Virus record (IMG/VR): IMGVR_UViG_2518645587_000001
Span: 422 to 64,421 of that record
Direction: 5' to 3' (one strand)
Length of the DNA stretch: 64,000 nucleotides
Origin: a virus
Lineage: Duplodnaviria; Caudoviricetes
A model generated the notes under the pieces. That model made no database searches. It was given only the letters and a program-made list of their open reading frames with translations, and was not told the DNA's origin. This document shows, one piece after another, positions 33,537 through 42,423 of this stretch. Position 1 is the stretch's first letter. Each line of letters opens with the position of its first letter. Both the position numbers and the translations under genes were made by a program.

Positions 33537-33701
33537 ATGCCAGATACCACCCGCCCGCCGAAGGAACTCGTTCGCGAGTACTTCGAGCGCCGCACGCACG
33601 CGCCATTGGATCCGCCGCCGACCCCGGAAGAGATCCGGCGTCTGCTGGGCTGGCATATGCTGCCTCCCGCGCGCCAGCCGGACCGCGACGAACGAGATTG
33701 A
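33537..33701 (+). CDS. 54-aa small protein, first late ORF
   Basis: MPDTTRPPKELVREYFERR...PPPTPEEIRRLLGW; GAGG RBS. Confidence 0.65.
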   Translation: MPDTTRPPKELVREYFERRTHAPLDPPPTPEEIRRLLGWHMLPPARQPDRDERD

Positions 33702-33721
33702 TTCGCCGCAGTTTGCTCGAG

Positions 33722-33934
33722 TTAGCCCGGCTTGCTGGCGTCCTCTATCGCCTTCGCGATGCCTGCCATGAGCTTGGAATCATATGAGTAAGGATTGTGC
33801 TGAGAGCGTCCCCGCAGGATTGCTACCACTTCCCTTTGTCTTTCCTGATATTGGTCGCTGGACGCGTATGCAGTCTGAAAGAACTCAAGTGTGTCCAAGG
33901 CTTCGTGAATCGTCTGAATAGCTGTTTTTGTCAT
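33722..33934 (-). CDS. Small antisense moron
   Basis: MTKTAIQTIHEALDTLEFFQ..., lower GC. Confidence 0.55.
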   Translation of the reverse strand: MTKTAIQTIHEALDTLEFFQTAYASSDQYQERQREVVAILRGRSQHNPYSYDSKLMAGIAKAIEDASKPG

Positions 33935-33956
33935 TCTTTTCTTCCAAAAGGAAAAC

Positions 33957-34154
33957 ATGAATATCATCACCCCAGTAGCACTGGTAAAGGCCGACTCGCA
34001 GGAGTATCAGGCAACCGGGAAGATCCTACGGGTCTTCGATACCAATGGCTCGGGTGAGCTTCTGCCTGTTCAACACAGGCAGCAGTCGGATGATAGCAAG
34101 TTTACATTGCAACATATGCCATTCGGCAAGATTTATGCCGAAGTAGCTCGCTAA
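33957..34154 (+). CDS. Hypothetical small protein
   Basis: AAGGA RBS; 65 aa. Confidence 0.55.
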   Translation: MNIITPVALVKADSQEYQATGKILRVFDTNGSGELLPVQHRQQSDDSKFTLQHMPFGKIYAEVAR

Positions 34155-34236
34155 ATAAATTAGCCCTGAGTCTCCCGTTGGACCTTCGCCGCCGGCCGCA
34201 TCACTGCGCTGGCGACTTTTTTTATTCGAGGTGGCT

Positions 34237-34482
34237 ATGGCCAAGTTCCGCGAGAAACCAGTCGTGATCGACGCGATTCGATGGGACGGCACCAACGTCA
34301 CCGAGGTGATGGATTTTATGAATTGGCGCAACGCCAGTCATGATGATCGCCAAGGGCTGGTCATCCACACGCTCGAAGGCAGCCACAGCGCGATGGTCGG
34401 CGACATGATCATTAAGGGCGTGGCCGGCGAGTTCTACCCGTGCAAACCCGACATCTTCGCCGCCACATACGAGGTAGCCTAA
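34237..34482 (+). CDS. Conserved phage protein
   Basis: KFREKPVVIDAIRW...IHTLEG...GDMIIKGVAGEFYPCKPDIF. Confidence 0.75.
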   Translation: MAKFREKPVVIDAIRWDGTNVTEVMDFMNWRNASHDDRQGLVIHTLEGSHSAMVGDMIIKGVAGEFYPCKPDIFAATYEVA

Positions 34483-34484
34483 TC

Positions 34485-34592
34485 ATGGAGTATCTCGCGT
34501 CATTCCATTTGCTGCCCGAGTTCATCGGGATGCTTGCCGGCGGCGTTCTCGCGGGCGTTGTAATTGTCGTGGTGCTGCGGGCCTGGGATTGA
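34485..34592 (+). CDS. 35-aa membrane peptide (not in the ORF track)
   Basis: MEYLASFHLLPEFIGMLAGGVLAGVVIVVVLRAWD. Confidence 0.45.
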   Translation: MEYLASFHLLPEFIGMLAGGVLAGVVIVVVLRAWD

Positions 34593-34752
34593 CCTGGATC
34601 GGATTTGAAACACGGGCGTACCTGCCATCGCACCCCAGCGGCAGGGCTTGCAAAAGCGGGTGCAGATCGCCGACGAAACATGACCAGGTGGGTCCGGCCG
34701 CCGGGTGCAGAACATCGCTCCCGGCGGTCCCAGCCAGGAGCGGGCGGCGACG

Positions 34753-35046
34753 CTAGTTATTTTTTCGGGACAGCGTTACGGGCTGTTTGCCTGCTACGCT
34801 GATTTCGAAGGAGTCACCCGGACCAAACTTAACAGTCCCTTCGTGAGAGGTAAGTGCCAAGCGTGTTGCATGCACCGTGCGAGTGCTACTACTTCCCATT
34901 GAATACCCAGATTTCTTTGTTTTGGTGACGTCTTCCGAAATCTCAATCGTGTATGCCTCAAATTCGCTGTCGCAAAGAGTCTCATACCTCACCTCGGTGA
35001 TGAACTCAAGTTGCTCTATCGGATCGCTGCTAGATGAATTAGTCAT
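34753..35046 (-). CDS. Antisense moron, hypothetical
   Basis: ATG 35046; lower GC; upstream TGcTATCCT extended -10 at 35093-35101. Confidence 0.55.
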   Translation of the reverse strand: MTNSSSSDPIEQLEFITEVRYETLCDSEFEAYTIEISEDVTKTKKSGYSMGSSSTRTVHATRLALTSHEGTVKFGPGDSFEISVAGKQPVTLSRKNN

Positions 35047-35115
35047 TTTTGCCCTTGAAAGAAGTGGTGGAGCGAAGTAGCTCCAGTGCAATAGGATAGC
35101 AGTGGAGGTGGTACT

Positions 35116-35754
35116 TTGGGCAAGAGATCATCTCCACCCTTTGGGCTCGGCAGGCCCACGCCCCCCGAAAGCTTCATAGACCTGATGACCGCCCGCTACC
35201 TGCCCGCGCCGGAAGTGCTCAGGTGGGCCCGGGCCGAGATCCTCACCGAGGGCGGCCAGCTGCACAATCCCGACTTCGCCCACCTGGAGTACGCGGACGT
35301 CCAGTTCCTCTGGGCTCCCGGCAGCTTCAACAAACAAGGCCGCACCGTGCTGGGTCAGTGCGAGGAAGTCATCTTCCGCTGCGGACCGTGGCAAAAGGGC
35401 CGCCAGCAACAGCAGATGGTCGACTGGTTCGGCGCCGTTCCCGATTACCTGATCACCCTGGACGCCGAACACTGCTTGAAGTGCAGCGACGCTGAGTTCT
35501 GCTCGCTGGTCGAACACGAGCTATATCACATCGGCCAGGAGTTCGATGAATTCGGATCGCCCGCCTTCACCAAGGATGGACTGCCGAAGCTCTGTATGCG
35601 CGGCCACGATGTCGAGGAGTTCGTCGGCGTGGTCCGCCGCTACGGCGCAAACAAAGACGTGCAGCGAATGATCGACGCCGCCAGGAGCGCGCCGGAGGTC
35701 TCCAAACTCAACATCGCGAGGGCGTGCGGAACCTGTCTGCTCAAGGTCGCATAG
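35116..35754 (+). CDS. Phage metallopeptidase-domain protein (start may be ATG 35185)
   Basis: LVEHELYH (HExxH) and GHDVEEF; usual position before terS. Confidence 0.8.
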   Translation: MGKRSSPPFGLGRPTPPESFIDLMTARYLPAPEVLRWARAEILTEGGQLHNPDFAHLEYADVQFLWAPGSFNKQGRTVLGQCEEVIFRCGPWQKGRQQQQMVDWFGAVPDYLITLDAEHCLKCSDAEFCSLVEHELYHIGQEFDEFGSPAFTKDGLPKLCMRGHDVEEFVGVVRRYGANKDVQRMIDAARSAPEVSKLNIARACGTCLLKVA

Positions 35755-35784
35755 TTTTACGCGGCTTTTACCGGATGGCAACTT

Positions 35785-36261
35785 ATGGCAGCACTACGAG
35801 ACGAGGTGAAGCTGTTCATCGTCCAAGCGCTGGCCTGTTTTGACACGCCGACGCAGGTGTCGAAGGCAGTAAAAGAGGAGTTCGGGCTCGACGTTATGCG
35901 GCAGCAGGTGGCCGCTTACGACCCGAACTGCTATGTAGGTCGCAACCTCAGCGAGAAGTGGCGCACGGTGTTCAACGACACGCGCGCCAAGTTCCGCGAA
36001 GAGGTCGCGGAGATTCCGATCGCCAGCCGAGCCTTCCGCCTTCGTGCGTTGGCCCGGATGGCGCAGCAGGCCGAGGGCATGCGCAATATCGCGCTGGCCG
36101 TGTCGGTTATCGAGCAGGCCGCCAAGGAAGTGGGCGACATGTACGTCAACCGCCGCCTCGATACGCCCAAAGCACCAGGCGACAACGGCGAGGGCATCCC
36201 GGCCGCGCCAGAATACATGTTGAAGCCCGATGAAGACCTCCCCGACAGCCCGATTCTCTGA
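35785..36261 (+). CDS. terS: Terminase small subunit (DUF2280-like)
   Basis: MAALRDEVKLFIVQALACFDTPTQV...QQVAAYDP; precedes terL. Confidence 0.8.
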   Translation: MAALRDEVKLFIVQALACFDTPTQVSKAVKEEFGLDVMRQQVAAYDPNCYVGRNLSEKWRTVFNDTRAKFREEVAEIPIASRAFRLRALARMAQQAEGMRNIALAVSVIEQAAKEVGDMYVNRRLDTPKAPGDNGEGIPAAPEYMLKPDEDLPDSPIL

Positions 36262-37555
36262 AGGTCCTGTCGCGCTCACGCCGAAACAGGCGAACATTTA
36301 CTGCTGGGGCTGGCAAAAGAAGGCCCGCTTCCGCGATGCGGTGTGCGGCCGTCGCTTCGGTAAGACGTTCCTGGGCAAAGCTGAGATTCGCCGAGCTGCG
36401 CGCCTGGCCGCTGAGTGGGGCGTCAGCACCGAGGATGAGATCTGGTACTGCGCGCCGACCTTCAAGCAGGCCAAGCGCGTGTTTTGGAAGCGCCTCAAGC
36501 AGGCGATCCCTCCCGGCTGGCGCGCCAGCAAGCCGAACGAAACCGAGTGCTCGATCACGACCAAGGCCGGCCACGTTATCCGTATCGTCGGCCTGGATGC
36601 CTACGACAACCTGCGCGGCTCCGGCTTGTTCTTTGCGCTGGTCGATGAATGGGCCGACTGCGTGTATGCGGCCTGGGAGGAGGTGCTCCGTCCGATGCTG
36701 TCCACCTGCAAATTCACCATTCAGGGTGAGCAGCGGGTTGGTGGCCACGCGCTGCGCATCGGCACGCCGAAAGGCTTCAACCACTGCTACGACAGCTACC
36801 TCGACGGCCGGGGCCGTGAGCCTGACCACAAGAGCTGGCTGTACACGTCGGTCGATGGTGGCAACGTGCCGCCGGAAGAGATCGAGGCGGCGCGCCGCAA
36901 GATGGATCCGCGCTCGTTCCGCCAAGAGTACCTGGCCAGCTTCGAGAACTATCAGGGCGTCATTTATTACTGCTTTGATCGCCGGAAGAGTCACACCGAC
37001 GAAACTGTGCGGCCCGGCGACGCCCTGCACATCGGCATGGACTTCAACGTGTCGCACATGGCTGCCGTGGTCTTCGTGATCCGCGACGACATGCCGCGCG
37101 CGGTGGACGAGTTCATGGAGGTGTTCGACACCCCGGCAATGATCGAGAAGATCAAGGCGAAGTATCAGCAGGCCGGCCAGCAGCACGCGATCTCGGTCTA
37201 CCCCGATGCATCCGGCCAAAACCGGAAGTCGAGTGGGGCGAGCGAATCGGACCTGACGCTGCTGCGCGCCGCTAAGTTCGCCGTGGTGGTGGACCATAGC
37301 AACCCGGCCGTCAAGGATCGGATCAATAGCGTGAACGCCATGCTGTGCAACACCTATGACGAGCGGCGCTTCCTGGTCAACACGGCGAAGTGCCCGAAAT
37401 ACACAATCAGCCTGGAGCGCCAGGTGTACGACGACAAAGGCCAGCCCGACAAGAAGGGTGGCTTCGACCACGGCAATGACGCCGGCGGCTACTTCATCAC
37501 GAAGCGCTGGCCGGTGACCAAGCGCGAGACCAGTGTGGCTCCGCTCCGCCTGTAA
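36230..37555 (+). CDS. terL: Terminase large subunit
   Basis: Walker A CGRRFGKT, Walker B ALVDEW, IGTPKG, nuclease IGMDFN...HGNDA. Confidence 0.9.
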   Translation: MKTSPTARFSEGPVALTPKQANIYCWGWQKKARFRDAVCGRRFGKTFLGKAEIRRAARLAAEWGVSTEDEIWYCAPTFKQAKRVFWKRLKQAIPPGWRASKPNETECSITTKAGHVIRIVGLDAYDNLRGSGLFFALVDEWADCVYAAWEEVLRPMLSTCKFTIQGEQRVGGHALRIGTPKGFNHCYDSYLDGRGREPDHKSWLYTSVDGGNVPPEEIEAARRKMDPRSFRQEYLASFENYQGVIYYCFDRRKSHTDETVRPGDALHIGMDFNVSHMAAVVFVIRDDMPRAVDEFMEVFDTPAMIEKIKAKYQQAGQQHAISVYPDASGQNRKSSGASESDLTLLRAAKFAVVVDHSNPAVKDRINSVNAMLCNTYDERRFLVNTAKCPKYTISLERQVYDDKGQPDKKGGFDHGNDAGGYFITKRWPVTKRETSVAPLRL

Positions 37556-37569
37556 CAGCAAGGATTCCC

Positions 37570-39000
37570 ATGACCCACCCAGTACGCAAACGCTCGCCCG
37601 AGGCCGAAGCGCTGAACGAGCATTGCGCCCTGATCGACGCGCTGCTGGGCGGCACGAAGGCCATGCGGGCCGCAGTCGAATACATGCCGCGCTGGCCGGC
37701 GGAAGATAAGGAATCGTACGAGACGCGCCTGAAGGTGGCGACGCTGTTCCCGGCGTACCAGCGCACGATCGAGGTACTGGGCGCCAAGCCGTTTAGCAAG
37801 CCTGTAACGCTGGGCAAGGACGTGCCGGCGAAGCTGCAGCAGTGGCTCGAAGACGTCGACCGCCAGGGCCGCAACCTGCATGCCTTCCTCGCTGAGGTCG
37901 GCCAGGAAGCGCTCGGCTACGGTTTCTCTGGCATTCTGGTGGACTACCCTCCGACCCAAGACAAGGACGGCAAGGCGCTGTACGTGACCAAGGCCGAGGA
38001 ACAGGCCGCTGCCGTACGGCCGTACTTCGTACAGATCCACCCCAAGAACATTCTGGGCTGGCTGACCGATAAGGATGGCCTCAAGCAGTTACGGCTACTG
38101 GAAACCGCAACCGAAGAAGACGGCGATTTCGCCACGAAAGAGGTCGAGCAGGTGCGCGTGCTGACGCGGGGCGCCTGGGTCACCTGGCGCAAGGTCGAGG
38201 GCGGCAACAAGCAAGACGACTGGGCACCGCACGACAGCGGCGTGACCACCATCAAAAGCATCCCGTTCGTGCCGGTTTATGGAAACCGCCTGGGCTTCAT
38301 GCGAGCCCGGCCGGCGTTGCTCGAGCTGGCCTACGCCAACGTTGAGCACTGGCAGAGCAAGAGCGACCAGCAGAACATCCTGCACGTCGCCCGCGTGCCG
38401 ATCCTGTTCGGCAAAGGGCTCGAATCGACCGACACCATTGCCGTTGGCGCCGGATCTATGATCAAGACAGATCGCGCTGACGCCGACCTCAAGTTCGTGG
38501 AGCACAGCGGCAAGGCGATCGATGCCGGCCGTTTGTCCATCCTCGACCTCGAGGACCGCATGCGCCAGGCCGGCGCCGAGCTGCTGGTGATCAAGCCCGG
38601 TAATGTGACCGAGACCCAAACGCTGGCCGACAACGAGCAGGGCGCCTGCGCGCTGCAGAAGGTGGCTGAGAACATCGAAGACTCGGGCGACCAGGCGCTG
38701 CAGTTCATGGCCGAATGGGTTGGCGAGGCCGAAGGCGGCCACATCACCGTGTTCAAAGACTTCGGCGCCGCCACCTTGGCAGAGGCCAGCGCGGAGCTGC
38801 TGCTCAAGGCCAACCAAGCCGGCAAGCTGTCCAACGAGTCGTTCTACGGTGAGTTGCAACGGCGCGGCATTGTCCGGCCGGACGCAACCTGGGCGGAGGA
38901 ACAAGAGAAGATCGACGCGCAGGGCCCGGCGCTGGGCAACATGCCGGACCCCGACGCGCCGCCGGCGCCACCACCGAAGGCCAAGCCTAAAGCACCATGA
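37570..39000 (+). CDS. Portal protein (DUF4055-like)
   Basis: LLGGTKAMR..YMPRWPAE...Y..RL..ATLFPAYQRT; follows terL. Confidence 0.85.
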   Translation: MTHPVRKRSPEAEALNEHCALIDALLGGTKAMRAAVEYMPRWPAEDKESYETRLKVATLFPAYQRTIEVLGAKPFSKPVTLGKDVPAKLQQWLEDVDRQGRNLHAFLAEVGQEALGYGFSGILVDYPPTQDKDGKALYVTKAEEQAAAVRPYFVQIHPKNILGWLTDKDGLKQLRLLETATEEDGDFATKEVEQVRVLTRGAWVTWRKVEGGNKQDDWAPHDSGVTTIKSIPFVPVYGNRLGFMRARPALLELAYANVEHWQSKSDQQNILHVARVPILFGKGLESTDTIAVGAGSMIKTDRADADLKFVEHSGKAIDAGRLSILDLEDRMRQAGAELLVIKPGNVTETQTLADNEQGACALQKVAENIEDSGDQALQFMAEWVGEAEGGHITVFKDFGAATLAEASAELLLKANQAGKLSNESFYGELQRRGIVRPDATWAEEQEKIDAQGPALGNMPDPDAPPAPPPKAKPKAP

Positions 39001-40058
39001 TCGATCCTCTGCTCGACCACACTGTCCGCCACCAGGTGAACATGACCCAGTACGGCAACTACGTGCTGGCGAAGATGATCCGGATCCTGAACCTGTCCGA
39101 TGCCGATCTGATTGGCGCCCTGAATGCGGCGCTGGAGGATATGGACGCGGACTCGTTCAAGGTCCAGCGCTTGGACAAGCTGCTGGCCAGCGTGCGGGAG
39201 GTGAACACCCAAGCCTACGCCGCGCTGTACGGCGGCATGACCGACGAGCTGGCCGCCTACGTGGAATACGAAGGCCAGTTCCAGTACGACCTGTACAAGC
39301 ACGTCGTGCCGGTCACGTTCAGCATCGCCAGCGTGGTACCGGAGCAGGTCTACGCGGCAGCCATGGCGCAGCCGATGCAGGGCCGCCTGCTCAAGGACTG
39401 GGCTGCCAACCTGTCGGCCAGCCGCCTGCAGCGCGTCAAGGACACTATCGCCGTGGGCTATACCCAGGGCAAAACCACGGGCGACATCGTGCGCGAGATT
39501 CGCGGCACGCGCGCCCTGAACTACGCCGACGGCCTGCTCGACACCAGTCGCCGGGAAGTCGACGCGGTGGTGCGCACGGCCCTGAGCCACACCGCGCAGA
39601 TCACGCGCAAGCGGTTCACGGAAGAGAACGACGACATTCTCGGCGACGAGATGTGGGTGAGCACCCTCGACGGCCGCACTAGCCCCGAGTGCCGCGCTCG
39701 CGACCACAAGCTGTATTCGAAGATCGAGCACAAGCCGGTGGGCCACGATCTGCCGTGGCGATCCGGTCCAGGCCGCATCCATTGGTGCTGCCGCTCGTCG
39801 TCGATCGCGCTTCTCAAGGGGCAGAAGACTCTTTACGGCTCGCGTGCTGCTGCCGGCGGACCGGTCGATGCGAACTTGACCTATGCGGACTGGTTCAAGC
39901 GGCAGAGCGCTGAGGTGCAGGACCATGTCATCGGCGCGGCGCGCGGTGACCTGTACCGCGCCGGCAAATTCGACGTGAAGGACTTCACGAACGACAAGGG
40001 CCGTATGGCATCGCTCAAGGAACTGCGAGAGCGTGATGCCAGCGCCTTTGCCCAGTGA
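38997..40058 (+). CDS. Minor head protein (Mu F/SPP1 gp7-like)
   Basis: WVSTLDGRTSPECRARD...P.....HWCCRS. Confidence 0.85.
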   Translation: MIDPLLDHTVRHQVNMTQYGNYVLAKMIRILNLSDADLIGALNAALEDMDADSFKVQRLDKLLASVREVNTQAYAALYGGMTDELAAYVEYEGQFQYDLYKHVVPVTFSIASVVPEQVYAAAMAQPMQGRLLKDWAANLSASRLQRVKDTIAVGYTQGKTTGDIVREIRGTRALNYADGLLDTSRREVDAVVRTALSHTAQITRKRFTEENDDILGDEMWVSTLDGRTSPECRARDHKLYSKIEHKPVGHDLPWRSGPGRIHWCCRSSSIALLKGQKTLYGSRAAAGGPVDANLTYADWFKRQSAEVQDHVIGAARGDLYRAGKFDVKDFTNDKGRMASLKELRERDASAFAQ

Positions 40059-40069
40059 TATCATGCGGA

Positions 40070-40297
40070 ATGACCTTACACCTCGTTCCAGCCGCGCCAG
40101 CACCTGATAAGCCAAAGTTGCGCAGCGCCCGCGCCAGCAAGCCGGCCGGCATGCTCCAGTGCCCGCGCTGCCATGGGCGCGAATTCATCGAGACGGTGAT
40201 CGGCGCCATGCTCCAGGCGCGAAAGCTAAAGGGCGGCACGCGGCAGGTCCTTTGTGTGGGCTGCCTGCTTAAAGGGCAGCGTGTCGTTATCTTATGA
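40070..40297 (+). CDS. Small Zn-finger protein
   Basis: QCPRCHG...LCVGC. Confidence 0.6.
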   Translation: MTLHLVPAAPAPDKPKLRSARASKPAGMLQCPRCHGREFIETVIGAMLQARKLKGGTRQVLCVGCLLKGQRVVIL

Positions 40298-40375
40298 GTA
40301 GCCAGCAAAAGGACTATCGCGCCCTCCTGTTATAGTTATAATAGTTGTTTCCTTAACTCACTCACGCATTCGCCG

Positions 40376-40825
40376 ATGAATGATTTAATCCTGGGACTAG
40401 GGCTTAAGAACTACGATTTGGCATTATTGATCTTTTGCCCCTTAGGAGCTGCGCTTGGCAGCTTCGCGCATGCAATCCTACTCACTATAAATCCTCACAA
40501 GATCCCAAGGGCTGGGAATGTCAGAATAGTCTCGCACTTGGAGGCGTTTGGACGGGGCACTTGGATTTTTCTCAGGATGGCGCTTGGCGCAATTCTCGGA
40601 CTGGTTGTTGCTCTCTATTTTATTGGAGCATTACAGGAGAACGTGTCCACCCTGGCGAAGGTTGTGGCGCTCTCCATCCTCTTGGGGTACGCTGCGCCGA
40701 AGTTATGGGTTGCGCAGGAAAATATTGTAGTGAGTGAGGGTTTGAAGCGCCTCCAGGACGCAATGTCGAGTCAAAGCCCCCCACCTAAGTCAACAACCGA
40801 CACCACTTCGACGCCAGTTCAGTGA
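40376..40825 (+). CDS. Moron: multi-pass membrane protein
   Basis: Lower GC; TATAAT upstream; three hydrophobic helices. Confidence 0.7.
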   Translation: MNDLILGLGLKNYDLALLIFCPLGAALGSFAHAILLTINPHKIPRAGNVRIVSHLEAFGRGTWIFLRMALGAILGLVVALYFIGALQENVSTLAKVVALSILLGYAAPKLWVAQENIVVSEGLKRLQDAMSSQSPPPKSTTDTTSTPVQ

Positions 40826-40889
40826 ACGAATGGTTACTTGAATGGCCGACAGATATTGCCTCAAGCGCCAAAATTTTCACACCATTTTA

Positions 40890-40913
40890 GACCGCCCTCG
40901 AGGCGGTTTTTTT
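40890..40913 (+). terminator. Intrinsic terminator
   Basis: ACCGCC-CTCGA-GGCGGT-T7. Confidence 0.7.
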
Positions 40914-40926
40914 ATGCCCGGGCCAT

Positions 40927-41331
40927 ATGCACATAGTCATCAACATCATCTGCTGGCTGTGGGTCGGCTGGGTCGGGTTCAACCTGTTCATGGTCGCACT
41001 GGCCGCCACCGTGCTGCCGGTGCATCAGGCGCACTTCGACGGCTTCCGCGCGCGGCTGCCGACCTGGTTGCCTGAGCTGCTGACCAGTGACGAAATAGCC
41101 GCGGTGATTTCGCACGAGCACGGCCACCGGCACCACCTGCACGTATGGACCAACCTGGCGCTGCGCTGCCTGTTCCTGAATCCCGGCGCGCGCCGCCGGC
41201 GCAGGCAGGAGATCGAGGCCGACGACTTCGCGGTCGCCCATGGGCACGGCCGCCACATGGCCAGCGCGCTGCGCAAGCTGTCCAGTCACCCTGATGACCT
41301 ATCCCGGGCCGAGCGCCTGGAGCAAATGTAA
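40927..41331 (+). CDS. M48-like membrane zinc metallopeptidase (moron)
   Basis: N-terminal TM helix; AAVISHEHGH (HExxH); QEIEADDFA. Confidence 0.75.
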   Translation: MHIVINIICWLWVGWVGFNLFMVALAATVLPVHQAHFDGFRARLPTWLPELLTSDEIAAVISHEHGHRHHLHVWTNLALRCLFLNPGARRRRRQEIEADDFAVAHGHGRHMASALRKLSSHPDDLSRAERLEQM

Positions 41332-41349
41332 CCAAACCCGAATTTCACC

Positions 41350-41374
41350 AAGCCGCCTTCGAGCGGCTTTTTTT
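41350..41374 (+). terminator. Intrinsic terminator
   Basis: AAGCCGC-CTTCGA-GCGGCTT-T-run. Confidence 0.7.
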
Positions 41375-41447
41375 ATGCCGCAAGCGGACGCGACGCGGTG
41401 CACGGCCGGAAGGCCATCGATAGGGCGGATGCCCGGAAAGTCAGACC

Positions 41448-42263
41448 ATGCCATTCAAATTTAATGCCGACGGCACCATCGCAATGGACGCCGAAAAGAA
41501 GATGCCGATCTTCATCCACGCGAACGGTACCGAGGCGCCCTTCGACGCTGACACGACCATCGCCAACATCGGCAAGCTGAACGGTGAAGCCAAAGGCCAT
41601 CGCGAGCGCGCCGAAGCAGCGGAAGCGAAGCTGAAGAGCTTCGACGGCATCGAAGACGGCGTGGCAGCGCTGGCCGCCCTGAACACCGTAAAGAGCCTGA
41701 GCTCCGGCGAACTGAAGACGGCAGCACAGGTCAAGGAAATCCAGGATGCCGCCGCCAAGACCGCGCAGGAGCAGGTTGCAGCGCAGGCCAAGGCCAGCGC
41801 CCAGCAATTGCAAGAATTGACCGCAACGCTGGAGAAGCGCACCAACGAATTGAATAACCACATGATCGGCGGCGGCTTCACGGGCTCGAAGCTGTTCAAT
41901 AAAGAAGCCAAGCACCCAAGCCAGTTGGCGATCCCGCCTGAGATGGCGCGCGCCTACTTCGGCAACAACTTCAAGGTTGAAGACGGCAAGATGGTTCCCT
42001 ACGACGCCGCTGGTAACAAGATTTTTTCGCCGACCCGCCCTGGTGAAATCGCCGACTTCGATGAAGGTCTCGCGCAGCTCGTCGCCGCCTGCCCGTTCAA
42101 GGATCAGATCCTCGCGGGCTCCGGCGCATCCGGTGGCGGCGCCCAAGGCAGCGGCGGCAAAACGCCGGACGGCAAGAAGCAGATCACCCGCGCAGCGTAC
42201 GACGCCATGGACCCCATGGCCCGTGCAGGCGCAATGAAGGAAGGCGCTGCGATCGTCGATTGA
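41448..42263 (+). CDS. Capsid scaffolding protein
   Basis: IGKLNGEAKGHRERAE coiled coil; GSGASGGGAQGSGG; RAAYDAM C-terminus; precedes capsid. Confidence 0.75.
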   Translation: MPFKFNADGTIAMDAEKKMPIFIHANGTEAPFDADTTIANIGKLNGEAKGHRERAEAAEAKLKSFDGIEDGVAALAALNTVKSLSSGELKTAAQVKEIQDAAAKTAQEQVAAQAKASAQQLQELTATLEKRTNELNNHMIGGGFTGSKLFNKEAKHPSQLAIPPEMARAYFGNNFKVEDGKMVPYDAAGNKIFSPTRPGEIADFDEGLAQLVAACPFKDQILAGSGASGGGAQGSGGKTPDGKKQITRAAYDAMDPMARAGAMKEGAAIVD

Positions 42264-42423
42264 TCGCCTTCCACGCAGTAATTGAGGCCCGCCGCGCGCG
42301 GGCTTCTTCGTTTTCAGCAGTACCGCAGTGCTTTGCCGGCGCCTGGATGGGCAAGTCGGTGCTTTTGGGCTGGATGGCCTCTCTGTTCAAAACCTCAAAC
42401 CACCAATTAAAGGCAATTCCACC

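Noticed and set aside
34722-34760. GGTCCCAGCC match to the HDV ribozyme; GACGAAAC (34672) resembling a hammerhead core
   Set aside because: The P3 partner and nested pseudoknot cannot be built, and there is no CUGANGA; treated as chance
42328-42423. Longer capsid start given by the ORF track; similar upstream extensions for cI, recT, cro, ninG and Q
   Set aside because: Extensions run through terminators, operators or neighbouring genes; downstream starts have an RBS or coupling, or in the case of cI and cro fit the promoter layout
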